Origin: Mobula hypostoma
Taxonomy: Eukaryota
Direction: 5' to 3'
Assembly (NCBI RefSeq): GCF_963921235.1
Contig: NC_086108.1
Span: 72,790,001 to 72,854,000 of the forward strand
DNA: 64,000 nt
A program made the position numbers and the translations under genes. Under the pieces are notes generated by a model. It searched no databases. It was given only the letters and a program-made list of their open reading frames with translations, and was not told where the DNA came from. Shown piece after piece: positions 51,792 through 64,000 of this stretch; the first letter of the stretch is position 1; each line of letters starts with the position of its first letter.

Positions 51792-53844
51792 CACAAACAT
51801 CAATGAATCAAGTATGAATCAAATGTATAAATGATTAAAAGATCCTTTTGACAAATATTTTGACTTTAATTGATCGTGTCAGCATGAATAATTAACCGAG
51901 GTTGGTAATAAAATTGGAACTTGTTCCTCATGCAGAAATTACTGTACATTTTTGGTTATAAAACTAACCATTCATTCTGAGTAGCTTGCCATTTTTGGGA
52001 CACTGTTACTACATGTAAAATCCACAACTTACTGTGAGATATACTGTAGGTCAATGACTTCAATAATGCGTAATAGTGGTTAGCATCAGTGAAATGCAGA
52101 ACATTATCCTTTTCTACTATAAATTCTGTTGAGAAAGTTTATTCTCAAAAAATGATCCTGAACTATCTTTTAAATTTGGACTAAGAGGAAAGCTGCTGTC
52201 ATTGGATAACAGCTGGATGAAATGATGTTCCTAATGACTCTTGGATTAAGTTTGATATTAAACAGTCAAGCAAGATTGATGATAAAGAAATGATATCCAT
52301 TGATGTCAATGGAAAGGAAGTTTGTGTAATATGTGCTGCTTGTCCAGTATTGCCCATTGTTGTAGTATAACCAGGGAATTGGTTCAGTTAAAATTTTGGA
52401 CACAAAAAAATCAAAATACTGGAAGAACTGTGGGTCAGGAAGTATCTGTGGAGGGAAATAGATAGTTGAAATTCCAGGTTCAGAAACTTACTCTGAATTT
52501 TGGCGCCAGCTTTAAAAAAAAACAAATGGGACCTGTTGAGATGTTCTGCAAAAATTGAGATCGTATGGGGAATTATGCACTTTGCAAGGGCTAATAAAAA
52601 GAAGTTAAGTTTAAGTGGAGCGGTCATTGTGTGAGTGGGACAGAGTTAGAGCAGGTAAATGAGGTTTTGCCTCAAGAGGCTTCAGCGAGAGGTGGAGTCT
52701 AACTGGAGGTTTCAGTCAAGTTTCTCTTTCTTTTTTTTTATTAGTACCTAGCATCCCAGGTCAGTGGTATGCTCCTTATGCAAGATTTGAGAGATCTTGG
52801 AGACCTCCAGTTTCACTGATTTTTACATCTGTGCGAAGTGCATCTGGGTGCCGATCCCTACAGACTGTATTAGGGGACTACAGCTGCGACTGCATGGCCT
52901 CTGGGAGAATGAGGAGATGATAGATAAGAGCTACAGGGAGGGAATCACACCCGAGTTGCAGGAGATAGGTGGCTATATGACTGTCAAGAGAGGGAAAGGG
53001 AATAGACGGATAGTGCAAAACATCCCTATGGCTCTTCTCTTCAATAACAGGTATACCATTTTGGATACTGTTGAGGGGGGCAATGGGGGATGGAAGATGA
53101 TGTGTCGGGGAAAGACACAACGACCAGGTCTCTGCCACTGAGTTTGGCTTTGTGCCTCAGAAGGGAAGGGGGAAGAATAGCAGACAAGTGCTGATAGAGG
53201 ATTCAAAATAGTTAGAGGAACAGACAGGAAATGTTGTGGATGTGAAAGAGATACCTAGATGGCACGATTGTTCCCTCCTAGGTGCCAGGGTCAGGGACAT
53301 CTCAGATCAGATCCACATCATTCTTAAGGGGGAGGGTGAGCAGCCAGACAGAATTTGTGATACATATTGGTATCCACAACATGGGTAGGAAAACGGACGA
53401 GGTCCTGAATAGAGAATATAGGGAGCTTTGCAGGACCTCAAAGGTAGTAACCTCTGGATTGCTGCCTGTGCCATGCAACAGTAAGAGTAAGAATGTGTGG
53501 CTGAAGTGCTGGTGTAGGGGGCAGGGTTTCAAATTTCTGAATCATTGGAGCTCTTCTGGAGAAGGCATGACCTGTACAAAAGGAAGCGGTTACACATGAA
53601 CTCGAGGGTGACTAAGATCCTTGGGGCAGGTTTGCAAGAACTGTTGGGGAGGGGTTAAACTAATTTGTCAGGGAGATGGGTCCGGAGTGATAGGACTGAG
53701 GATGGGGCATTTGGTACATGGGTAGGTGCAGTGGGTAGTGAGACTGGAGGAAGGACAGGCAGATGACAGGGCAAAATTGCAGTCAGTGGGATGAGTTGAA
53801 ATGTGTCTGTTTTAATGTGAGAAGTAACATGAAAAAAGGTGAAG

Positions 53845-54397
53845 AACATAGAAACATAGAAAGATAGAAAATAGGTGCAGAAGTAGGCCATTCGGCCCTT
53901 CGAGCCTGCACCGCCATTCCGTATGATCATGGCTGATCATCCAACTCAGAACCCTGCACCAGCCTTCCCTCCATACCCCCTGATCCCTTTAGCCACAAGG
54001 GCCATATCTAACTCCCTCTTAAATATAGTCAATGAACTGGCTTCAACTGTTTCCTGTGGCAGAGAATTCCACATATTCACCACTCTCTGTGTGAAGAAGT
54101 TTTTCCTAATCTCGGTAATAAAAAGGCTTCCCCTTTATCCTCAAACTGTGACCCCTTGCTCTGGACTTCCGCAACATTGGGAACAATCTTCCTGCATCTA
54201 GCCTGTCCAATCCCTTTAGGATTTTATACGTTTCAATAAGATCCCCCCTCAATCTTCTAAATTCCAATGAGTATAAGCCTAGTCGATCCAGTCTTTCATC
54301 ATATGAAAGTCCTGCCATCCCAGGAATCAATCTGGTGAACCTTCTTTGTACTCCCTCTATGGCAAGGATGTCTTTCCTCAGATTAGGGGACCAAAAC
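53845..54397 (-). mobile_element. Young 5'-truncated CR1 nested antisense in the outer CR1
   Basis: Very close to 11582-12117 (about 94% by eye), with a repeated AACATAGA tail. Confidence 0.95.
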
Positions 54398-54815
54398 TTG
54401 GAGCATGGATCAGTACATGGGACTAGTTGTATAGTGTGATCATGAAAGTCAAGTGTGATGTTCTCCAAAGGGGTTGTCTCTTTGTGGGTCTTTGACACGG
54501 AACTACATCTACATGGAACTATAACGTTGTGGCCATTACAGATTGTCACAAGGACATGAATGGCAGCTGCATGTTCTGGGTTTAGCTGTTTCAAAAGGAA
54601 CAGGGAGGGAGGTAAAAGAAATGGGCAAGTAGCATTGCTAATCACTGATAGTATCACAACTGCAGAAAGGAATGATGTCATAAGGAATTGTCTACTGAGT
54701 CAGTGTGGGTTGAAGTCAGAAACAGGAATGGAGCATTCTATGGGCCCCCTAATAGCAACTGAGACACTGAGGGGCAGATCAGAGCCAGATTTTGGAAAGG
54801 TAAAAAAAAACAAGG

Positions 54816-57060
54816 TACTGGGAAATGAACCTGGTCAGGTGTCAATCTCTCGGGAGTGCATTTTGGAGGTAGTGATCACAACTCTGTCTCCTTTACCATA
54901 GCACTGGGGAGAGATAGGAGCAGACATTTTGGGAAAATATTTAATTGGGGTAGAGGGAAAAATGATGCTATCAGGCAGGAACTTGGGAACAGATGTTCTT
55001 AGGGAAATGCACAGCAGCAATGTGGCAAATGTTCAAGGAACATTTGGATGGCGTTCTGCATAGGTATGTTCCATTGAGGCAGGGAAAAGATGGTATGGTA
55101 AAAGAACCATGGTGTGCAATGGATGCAGAAGATCTAGTTAAGAAGAGAAGAAAAGCATACGAAAGGTTCAAGAATCTAGGTACTTTAGAGCTCTTGAAAA
55201 TTACAAGGGTGCCAGGCAAGAGCTCAAGAATGAAACTAGGAGAGCTAGAAGGGGCCATGAGAAGGCCTTGGTGAGCAGGATTAAGGAAAACCCCAAGGCA
55301 TTCTACAAGTATGTGAAAAGCAAGAAGATGTGCAATGTGAGAACAGGACCAATCAGGAACGATAGTGGTAATGTGCATGGAGCCAGAGGAGGTAACAGAG
55401 GTACTTAATGAATACTTTGCTTCAGTATTCACCAGGGTAAAAGACCTTGACAATTGTGGGGATGGCTTGCAGCGGACTGAAATGCTTGAGTGTATAGACT
55501 TTAAGAAAGAGGATGTGCTGGAGCTTTGAAAGGTATTAAGTTAAATAAGTTGCCGGAACAGGACAAAAAATACCCAGGCTACTGTGGGAAGCAAAGGAGG
55601 AGATTGCTAAGCCTCTGGCAATGATCTTTGCATCATGAATAGGGACAGAAGAAGTACCAGAGGATTGGAAGGTTGCAAACGTATTCCCTTGTTCAAGAAA
55701 GGGAGTAGAGATAACCCAGGAAATTATAGACCAGTGAGTCTTACTTAAATGGTGGACAAGTTTTTGGAGAAGATCTGGAGAGGCAGGATTTAGGAGCATT
55801 TGGAGAGACATAGTCTGATTAGGGATAGTCAGCATGGCTTTGTCAAGAGCAGGTCATGCCTTACAAACCTGATTGAATTCTTTGAGGATGTAACAAAATA
55901 CATCCTCAAAGCAGTGGATGTAGTGTATATGGATTTCAGTAAGGCATTTGATAAGATTCCCCATGCGAGGCTCATTCAGAAAGTAAGAAGGCATGGGATC
56001 TAAGGAAAGATTCTTTTGTGGATCCAGAATTGGCTTGCCCAAGAAGGCAAAGGATGGTTGTGGATGGCTCTTATTCTGCATGGAGAACGGTTACCAGTGT
56101 TGTTCCTCAGGGATCTGTTTTGGGACCCCTCCTCTTCATGATTTTTATAAGTGACATGGATGAGGAAGTAGAAGGGTGGGTTACTAAGTTTGCTCTTGAC
56201 ACAAAAATTGGAGGTGTTGTGGATAGTCTGGAGGGTTGTCGAAGGTTACAGCATGATATTAGTCAGATACAGAACTGGGCTGAGAATTGACAGATGGAGT
56301 TCAACCCAGATATGTGTGAAATGGTTCATTTCGGTGGGCCAATATAATATTAATGAATATAATATTAATACCCAGACTTGGCGGTGTGGAGGATCAGAGA
56401 GATGTTGGGGCTTGGGGTCCGTGTCTATAGGACACTCAAAGCTGTTGCGCAGGTTGACAGTGTTGTTAAGAAAGCATATCGTGTGTTGACCTTCACCATG
56501 AGTTCAAGAGCCGTGAGGTATTGTTACAGTTATTTAAGACCTTAATTGTACCCCACAGTATTCACTTCTGGTCACCTCATTATAGGAAGGATGTGGATAC
56601 TTCAGAGAGAGTGCAGAGGAGATTTGCCTGGTTTGGAGAGAGCCTTATAGAATAGGTTTAGTGAACTTGGCCTTTTCTCCTTGGAGCAACAAAGGATGAG
56701 GGGTGACCTAATTGAGGTGTATAAGATGATGAGAGGCATTGATCATGGGGAAAGACAGAGGCTTTTTCCCAGGGCTGAAATGGCTAACATGAGGGGGTAT
56801 CATTTTAAGGTGCTTGGAAGTAGATACAAGGGGGATGTCAGAGGTAAGTTTTTCCACACAGAGAGTGGTGGGTGGTGGAATGCACTGCCAGCGAAGGTGG
56901 TAAAGGCGGATTCAATAGGGTCTTTTAAGAGACTCTTAGATAAGTACATGGAGCTTAGAAAAATAGGCAGTTATGCAGTAGGGAAATTCTAGGCAGTTTC
57001 TGGAGTAGGTTGCATGGTCGATACAACTTTGTAGGCTGAAAGGCCTGTAATGTGCTGTAG
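54816..57060 (+). mobile_element. Inner 5'-truncated CR1 nested in the same orientation
   Basis: Starts at VLGNEPGQV, contains QHGFVKSRSCLTNL, YMDFSKAFDK and VPQGSVLGP, and has its own 3' UTR ending at 57060. Confidence 0.85.
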
Positions 57061-58810
57061 ATAACAGGGTTGTTGTCATGGGTGACTTCAACTTCCCTAA
57101 TATTGACTAGCACCTGCTCAGTGCCAAAGATTCAGATGGGGTGCAATTTACTTGGTGCGTCCAGGAAGGATTCCTGACACAATATGTAGACAGGCCACAC
57201 TGGATCTGGTACTGGACAATGAGTCTGGTCAGGTGACAAATCTCTTAGCAGGTGAGCAATTTGGAGATGGTGACTACAACTCTGTGACCTTTGCCATAGC
57301 CTTGAACAAGGGCAGGAGCAGACTATTTAATTGGAGCAAATTATCATGCTATTAGGCAGCAATGTGGAACATAAATTGGGAACAGGTGTAATTAGGGAGA
57401 TGCAGAATGGAAATCTGGAGTTTGTATCAGGAGCACTTGCATGGGGTTCTGGATAACTTCATTCCATTGAGGGAGGGAAAGGATGGTAGAGTGAAGAAAC
57501 AGTCTAGTTTAAAGGAAGAAGGAGGTTTCTTAAGATTTAAGAAGTTAAAGATCTGATAAGACTCTTGAGAGTAACAAGGTATCCAGGAAAGAGCTTTAGA
57601 CTGGACTTAGAACTAGAATGGGGCATGAAAGGGCCTTGGTAAGTAAGATTAAGGAAAATCCCAAGGATTGAACAGTGATAAAAGAGGAAACGTGCCTTAA
57701 TGAATACTTTACTTCAGTAATCATCAGTGAGAGGGACCTTGACAAATGTGAGGACAGTGTAGTGCAGGCTAATATGCTGAAACATGTCAATGTTTAAAAA
57801 AAGGATGTGCTCGAACTTTTGAAAGCCATTAGGATAGACAAGTCCCCAGGGATGACTAGATATACTATGTGAAGCAAGGGGTCAGATTCTTGTGCCTTTG
57901 GTGATTACTTTTGCATCCTCAGTGGCCACAGGAGCAATACCAGATGATCAGAGGGTGGTAAGTTTTATACCTTTGTTCCAGAAGGTAATAGGGTTAACCA
58001 TGGGAATTATAGTGAGTCATAGGTTAGTGATGAGAATATTCTGATTTGGGATTGTCAGCATGGCTTTGCGAGGGGCAGGTCATGCTCACATACCTGATGA
58101 AATTCCTTGAGGAAGTGACAAAAAAAATTGATGAAAGTGGAGTAGTAGATATGGTATATCTGGATTTCCGATGCGTGACAAGGTTCCGCATGGTAGGCTC
58201 ATTCAGAAAGCCATAAGGAATAAAATCCAGGGAAATTGTCTGCATGGATTCAGAATTGGTTTTCCCTCTGAAGGCTGAGGGTATTAAGCAAACCAAGCAT
58301 ATTCTGCCTGACAGTCGATGACCAGTGATCTTCCATAGAGATCTCTTCTGGACCCTTTACTCTTGGTGATTTTTGATGGCATGGAAGAGTGAATTAGTAA
58401 GTTGGCAGATGACTCGACAGTTAGTAGTGCTGAGGATAGAGTGGGAGGTTGTTGCAGACTACAACGTAACTTTGGTAGGATGCAGAGCTGGGCTAAGGAG
58501 CAGCAGATGGAGTTCAAGCTGGGAAACTGTGAAGTGACACTTTGGAAATTCCAACTTGTAGCTAAAGTTCAAGGTTATTGGTTAGATTTTTAGCAGTGTG
58601 GAGGAACAGAGGGATCTTGGCATCCATAGCCATAGATCCTTCAACATTGTTGTGCAAGTCAGGCAGATGGTGAAGAAGGTGAATGGAATGTTGGTCTTCA
58701 TTAGTTGGGGAACTGGGTTCAAGAGATTTGAAGTAATATTGCAGCTCTATAAAACTCAGTTTAGGACACATATAGAGTATTATGTCCAGATCTAGTCACC
58801 CCACTATAGT

Positions 58811-59186
58811 AGTGAGAGTGCGTGTCATCACTGGAGTTGAGTATGATATTCTCTGGAAAGATTATTCCCTTCATGGACAATGCCTCTTCATGACTTCGTT
58901 TAATGTGGGGAGGCCGATGCACAGGCAGCTACCACGTGGTCCTTGACAAATCAGGATTAGAGTCCAGTGGCAAGACATGAAAGCCTGGGTCCCCTGCCTG
59001 TTGCAGCCTTCCTCTGCCTTCACTGCCATTGTGATGAGCCCTCTTCTTCCACCACTGAGCTCTTGGTTGAGTCGCTCTTTGACTGGAACCTCCCCCTTGA
59101 CCTTACCATCATGGGTGACCCTTCAGGAGCTAAACTCTTAGGATTTGAGGCACTCACAACCCTCTCCATCATGATCCTCAGAGAAG
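58811..59186 (-). mobile_element. Non-autonomous RTE-related element (RTE 5' UTR-like head)
   Basis: The minus strand has CTCCTGAAGGGTCACCCATGATGGTAAGGTCAAGGGGGAGGTTCCAGTCAAAGAGCG, resembling RTE/Expander 5' UTRs. It interrupts the CR1 SPHYRKDV motif, with degenerate duplication CCCCACTATAG / CCTCATTGGAG. Confidence 0.65.
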
Positions 59187-61744
59187 CCTCATTGGAGGAA
59201 GGATGTGGAAGCCTTCGAGGGGGTGTAGAGGAGAATTGCTCGGATGTTGCCTGGATTAGGGAGTATGCCTTAAGAGCATAGGTTGAGCGAACCAGATCTA
59301 TTCTCTTTGGAGTGAAGGAGGATGAGAGATGACTTGATAACGGTGTACAGGATGATAAGAGATAGAGTGGATAGCCAGAGACTTTTCCCAAGGTGAAAAT
59401 TGCTAATATGACTGATATAATTTGAAGGTGATTGGTGGAAACTATAGTGAGTATGTCAGGGATAAGTTTTGTCTTGCACAGAAAGTGGTTGCTGTGTTGC
59501 CAGGAGTGGTGATAGAGGAAGATGCATTAAAACCATTTAAGAAACTCCTAGAAAAGCTCCTGAATGAAAGAAAAATTGAGAGCTGTGTGAGTACGAAGGG
59601 TTAGTTTGATCTTAGAGTAGAGTTATGAAAAGGTTGGCACAACATCACAGGGTGAGGGGTCTGTACTGTTCTATGTTCTATTTTTTGAACAGAGAGGAGA
59701 TAGCCAGCATAACCCCAAGAGCAAAAGCTGGAAGGTAATGTTAAAATATTTCTCTGGATTACTTTACTGGCTGTGATTATAGAATAGTCATTATGAATGA
59801 AAGATGCTTTTTTGGAGGTTTGAATCTCACTGACAATACAAATTGATTCAAGAAAATTAATTGTGAAGTATAAAGCAAATAATTGCCCAGATCAAAGGAT
59901 AAAATGGAACTTGTGTCATCTTGCAAATAATCATGTAAATATGGTAACTGTAGTGGCTAAATGTAGAAAAAAAATCAAATCACAGACTTGCTACGGAATG
60001 TGGGGACTGCTTGGTAAGGTAGATCTAAAAGAAGCATTTGAGAACATTTGTTTAACCCATGGTGCTAGGGTAGACAAAAGGACTGTGCTGGTAAAGAAAA
60101 GAATGTTTCTCAATAGACCTACACTGTTGGATAGTGTGCCTGATTGTCAGTAACTGTAGTATTGCCTCGGGCACTGTCTGAAATCAAAAGCCATACAAGA
60201 AAGGTTAAGCCAGGCAAAAGGAAGGCAAGTCATTCTTTTCAGTCGGGCACTTTATTGTTACTGGAAGCTAACATCAGCTTGTTCACTGGGACAATAGAAG
60301 CATCTTTTGAGCAATCTAAGGTTACAAGATTATTTGCATTAATTAGTGAGTTGCCTTCTTCATTATCTGGAAGGTTCTCAATGGGCACATTTTCGAAAAT
60401 GAGCTCGTCAAGCTTTTATTCTTCCTAGTTACAGGGAGATCTTTTGTAACTTGGGTTAGTGAAGTCTCCTCATTTCGAAACTTGATCAGGCACTTTCTGG
60501 CTTCTTGGACAACGTGAGATAGAGTTGATATGTCAAGCCAATTTCAGGGATTAATGTAATTTTCTGTCTGTCGTAGTTGAGTTCCAGCGTTGACCATTCA
60601 CACGTACAGACCAGCTGATGCCACAGCAGCTGCAGTGGACCAAACATACTGACCAGTATGTTATGCTTTAAGTGTAATGTTGAACAAAAGTCTTGTGTTT
60701 AAAAGTAAACCAAGGGTGGATTTATAATCACACAGGAAACAGTGTACATGGATATGGAAATAATCTATTTATTGACTTTGGAAGTGACTTGAATTTGTCA
60801 ACATATCGTTGTTGAAAATACATGGCTTGTTGAAATCTTGGGTGATAACTCCGCCCACAGACACAGTACTCAAGGTGCAGACTGGTTGGTGCACTGGAGT
60901 TACATCCCCCAATTGAGCCCTCTAAATATCTTACGTCTTAATTTAGTTTTGTGTTTACTTTGTAGATTGTCACACAGGCGCCGTTTGTATCATGTTCTGC
61001 TTGGTATCATCTCTGTCCTCAATGATCTATGTTAGCTTCCCGGTCTCCAATATGTCTAACTTAAAATATAGCTCCTTGTCATTAAGCCCTTGCTTGTCTC
61101 AATCACCGGAGCAGCTGGCCATCTCATTTCCTAGTTTGTGCCGTGACCCTATTCCACCTTTTGCAATTCTGTTGACTTTGCCTCAGTTAGCAACGGAGCA
61201 TTCATTCACAAATGCCTTTGGCCCCAATTTTGCGCAAAACATGCTACACAGAGGCAGCTGGAAGATTCTATGTATTGAAGGCAAGACTAATAAATTTTGA
61301 TATTGGTACTACTATATAGCATATTTAACACCAATTGGGGATGTTTTTCTTGGGCATTTTATCTTTTTACAAGCCACTTAAAACCTATTTGTTTCATTGC
61401 CTTAATTTAAACTTTTTGCCTTGCTTTCTTTTGTGTCCACCTGAAGTATCTTATCTGAAGATTTTGCTGCTGGTTATCTTCTGGGTGTTGTAGTATTCAA
61501 GTTGTCAATTTTGTTGCTGCAGCAGAATGGTAGAATATGTGAAAAGCATAGTTGCTGGCCTAACTACATATCTTTCATTTCACCCTTCATAAAGTTCAAG
61601 ACCATTTTGAATACATAACTGTAACAGACTAAGACCAGCTAAGTCTGTTTCATATAGGCAGCTGGAATTACTGGACATCATTCTGCATGGATTCCAGTTT
61701 CAGTTAGTTGCATCATCTTCTTACAAGAAGATTACAAAGTGCAC

Positions 61745-62060
61745 CACAGTTACTCATCAGGGCTAATCTGGCAGCATTTCCACATGACACAGTTTGTACC
61801 ACAGGCAGGACAAGGCCAGCAGGGACGTGTGGGCAGCATGATCTGAAAGTTTACCTCAAAAGTGTTCACCGTACATAAAGTATGTTGTTGAACCTATGTA
61901 TCACCAGATTTATTTCCTGGAACTTCCAGCCTAACATTTCTATGGGAGTAATCTCACCAGAAACACGAACCAGTTCAAGAAGTTGTTTCACAAAAACCTT
62001 CTCGGGCCAATAAGAACAGGCAATAAATGCACATCTCGCCAGTGTTGTTCACACCTAGTC
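61745..62060 (+). mobile_element. CR1-clade 3' fragment (same family as 6590-7160)
   Basis: CAGTTCAAGAAG..ACCTTCTCGGGCCAATAAGAACAGGCAATAAATGC tail. Confidence 0.55.
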
Positions 62061-62284
62061 AGTAAATGGCTTAAAAGATGAATAGAAGAAAACATCTGTA
62101 GACCAACATCCAGATTGATTATCTTTACCAGTCAATGTAGACATGCAAAATAAATCCAGAAAGATGACAGTGACCAAGGCAAACATCATCCAAAGTAAAG
62201 GAACAGCCTTTTGAATCCATATCTAGATTAATAAACTACTAGGATTTTTGGGGAATGCCTCGACCGAGCAGTTCCTTGCCATTA

Positions 62285-63000
62285 CAGCATAGAATGCTGA
62301 ACAGTGCAATGTAGTACAGACCCTTCAGCCCATTATATTTCTAACCTACCCTCCCACATAGCTCTCCATTTTTGTTTCATCCATGTGCCCAAGGGTCTCT
62401 TAAATGCCTTTAATGTTTCTGCTTCTACCACCACTCCTGACAGCACGTACCATACACCTCTGTGGGGAGAAAACACGTGTCTCTGACGTCCAGCCTCTAT
62501 ACTTTCCCTCCAGCTGCTTACATCATGCCCCCTTGTATTAGCCATTTCTGCTCTGGGTAAAAGCCTCTGACTATCCACTCAATCTATGCCTTTTATCATA
62601 CACTGTACACCTCTATCAAGTCACCTCTCATCCTCCTTCTCTACAAAAAGAGAAGTCCTGGTTCAGTCAACCTATCCTCATAAGACATGCTTTCTAATCC
62701 AGGCAGCATTCTGCTAAATCTCACCTGAATCATTTCTAAAGCTTCCACATCCTTCTTATAATGAAGTGGCCAGAGCTGAACACAATACTCCAAGTGTGAT
62801 CTATGCAGAGTTTTATGGAGCTGCAAACATTACCTCTTGCCTCTTGAACTCAATCCCCCAACTAATGAAGGCCAACACACCCATGGCTTCTTAACCAGCT
62901 TTTTCACTTGCGCTATAAAATTTAGGGATCTATGGATGTGAACCCCCAATTCCTCAACGCCATTAAGAACGGTGCCCTTAACCCCGTACTCTGCCTTTAT
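62285..63000 (-). mobile_element. CR1 3' fragment
   Basis: ORF 62641-62826 HLEYCVQLWPLHYKKDVEALE and ORF 62333-62578. Confidence 0.88.
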
Positions 63001-63184
63001 GTTTGATTAATTATGTTTTACTGCTGTATGATGATGGGCAAACCAGAAAAGCCTTGTTTATTCCTTCCTGACTTTTATTCTCATCAGAAATGTAGGTTGG
63101 AGGCACAGAATTTAGCACTGGAAACTTCAGCTTAGGAAAGGAAAATATAACTAGAGGTTGTATTCTTGGCAGCTATTATTTTCT

Positions 63185-63290
63185 AAACACAAGAGATTCT
63201 GCAGATGCTGGAAATCTTGAGTGATTGGTATAAATTGCTGGAGAAGCTCAGCAAGACAGGCAGCCTCCATGGAGAGGAGGAAACAGTCGT
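63185..63290 (-). mobile_element. Penelope-like terminal fragment
   Basis: AACACAAGAGATTCTGCAGATGCTGGAAAT.. matches the ends at ~37718 and ~13951. Confidence 0.65.
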
Positions 63291-64000
63291 CCAAAGTTGT
63301 TGTCTTGTAAGAACATGAATGAATCTTTGTTTGGTGGCCATCCTGGTCAAATAGCTTCTTTTAGCTCAATGCCCGGGTAGACACCTGAGCAAGATGTCAG
63401 AGAGAGGATCCACACAGAGACCCATTTTGGAGAGAGAGGCCATGCACGAGAGGATATGGGAGGATGCAGCTGCACACGGGGGATATTGGAGCATGAAACT
63501 GTACACAAGAGGATGTTAGAGGGTGAGGATATTGGAGGGCAGAATTGTATGCAGGAGGTTTTTTTGCAGAACTACATGTGACAAATACTATATGTCCCAA
63601 GGACATTTTGTTTTGAACCACCGCAAAAATCCTTGCCTTTTAAGGAAAATTTTAAGCATAAGGAGTTACAAATTACTACATTAAATATAAGCTACCTGCA
63701 TTTTACTCCCGAGCACAAGAACCTGTCTGTGTTGTTTTCAGTCCTGATTTGACAACAACAGGAATAGTTTGTATTTTCATGTGAGCCTCTGGGCATGTTG
63801 GAAGTATTCTGTCATTTTTTGGGAGTGGAAATATCCATCTAGATTTTAGCAGTGAGGAGTTGAAGAGGGTCTTTGCTCAATATGTCATTCCTATCTTTAA
63901 TGAAATGTTCTAAAGTCTTTCAAACTGCCTATACTTTAGTGAGCTGCACTCAATAGTTTTGAATAAATGGTCATGCCTGATCTTAGCTAGTAACTGGCTT

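Larger units (their letters stand above)
52585..59680 (+). mobile_element. Near full-length degenerate CR1 (outer element) with several nested inserts
   Basis: 5' UTR, then ORF1 (YICAKC, FNNRYTIL, VIHIGIHNMGRK esterase). The endonuclease domain is split at ~54815 and resumes at 57061 as RVVVMGDFNFP. RT remnants follow, with the 3' tail at ~59680. Confidence 0.88.

Noticed and set aside
1..64000. CRISPR arrays, prokaryotic operons, retrons or other RT-based defence systems
   Set aside because: No regularly spaced repeat-spacer array. All RT motifs belong to eukaryotic CR1, Rex1, Tx1, Penelope or Gypsy retroelements.

Overview
Vertebrate genomic DNA, roughly 40% GC by eye. The repeat families suggest a cartilaginous fish, probably a ray or skate; this is inferred from repeat sequence only. 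I found no host protein-coding exon, rRNA, tRNA gene or CRISPR array that I can support, so the window looks intergenic or deep intronic. It is dominated by transposable elements: many CR1 LINE copies (one young copy keeps an intact 428-aa reverse transcriptase ORF), Rex1/Babar-type LINEs, Penelope-like elements with GIY-YIG and minimal hammerhead-ribozyme motifs, a decayed Mag-type Ty3/Gypsy retrotransposon, a decayed Tx1/L1 LINE, a Tc1/mariner deletion derivative and several SINEs. Most short ORFs in the track are TE fragments or chance ORFs. The most notable structures are: (i) a ~108-bp inverted duplication of apparently non-TE DNA (50202-50309 / 51683-51791); (ii) a TSD-flanked fold-back Penelope insertion carrying a hammerhead core (37718-38305); (iii) a CR1 carrying four nested inserts (52585-59680), one being an RTE-5'UTR-type non-autonomous element; (iv) a Gypsy body lacking its 5' LTR and ending in a 500-bp C/T tract. 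I see no convincing evidence of a new biological system. Coordinates of old repeats are approximate and family calls are from motif recognition, not database searches.
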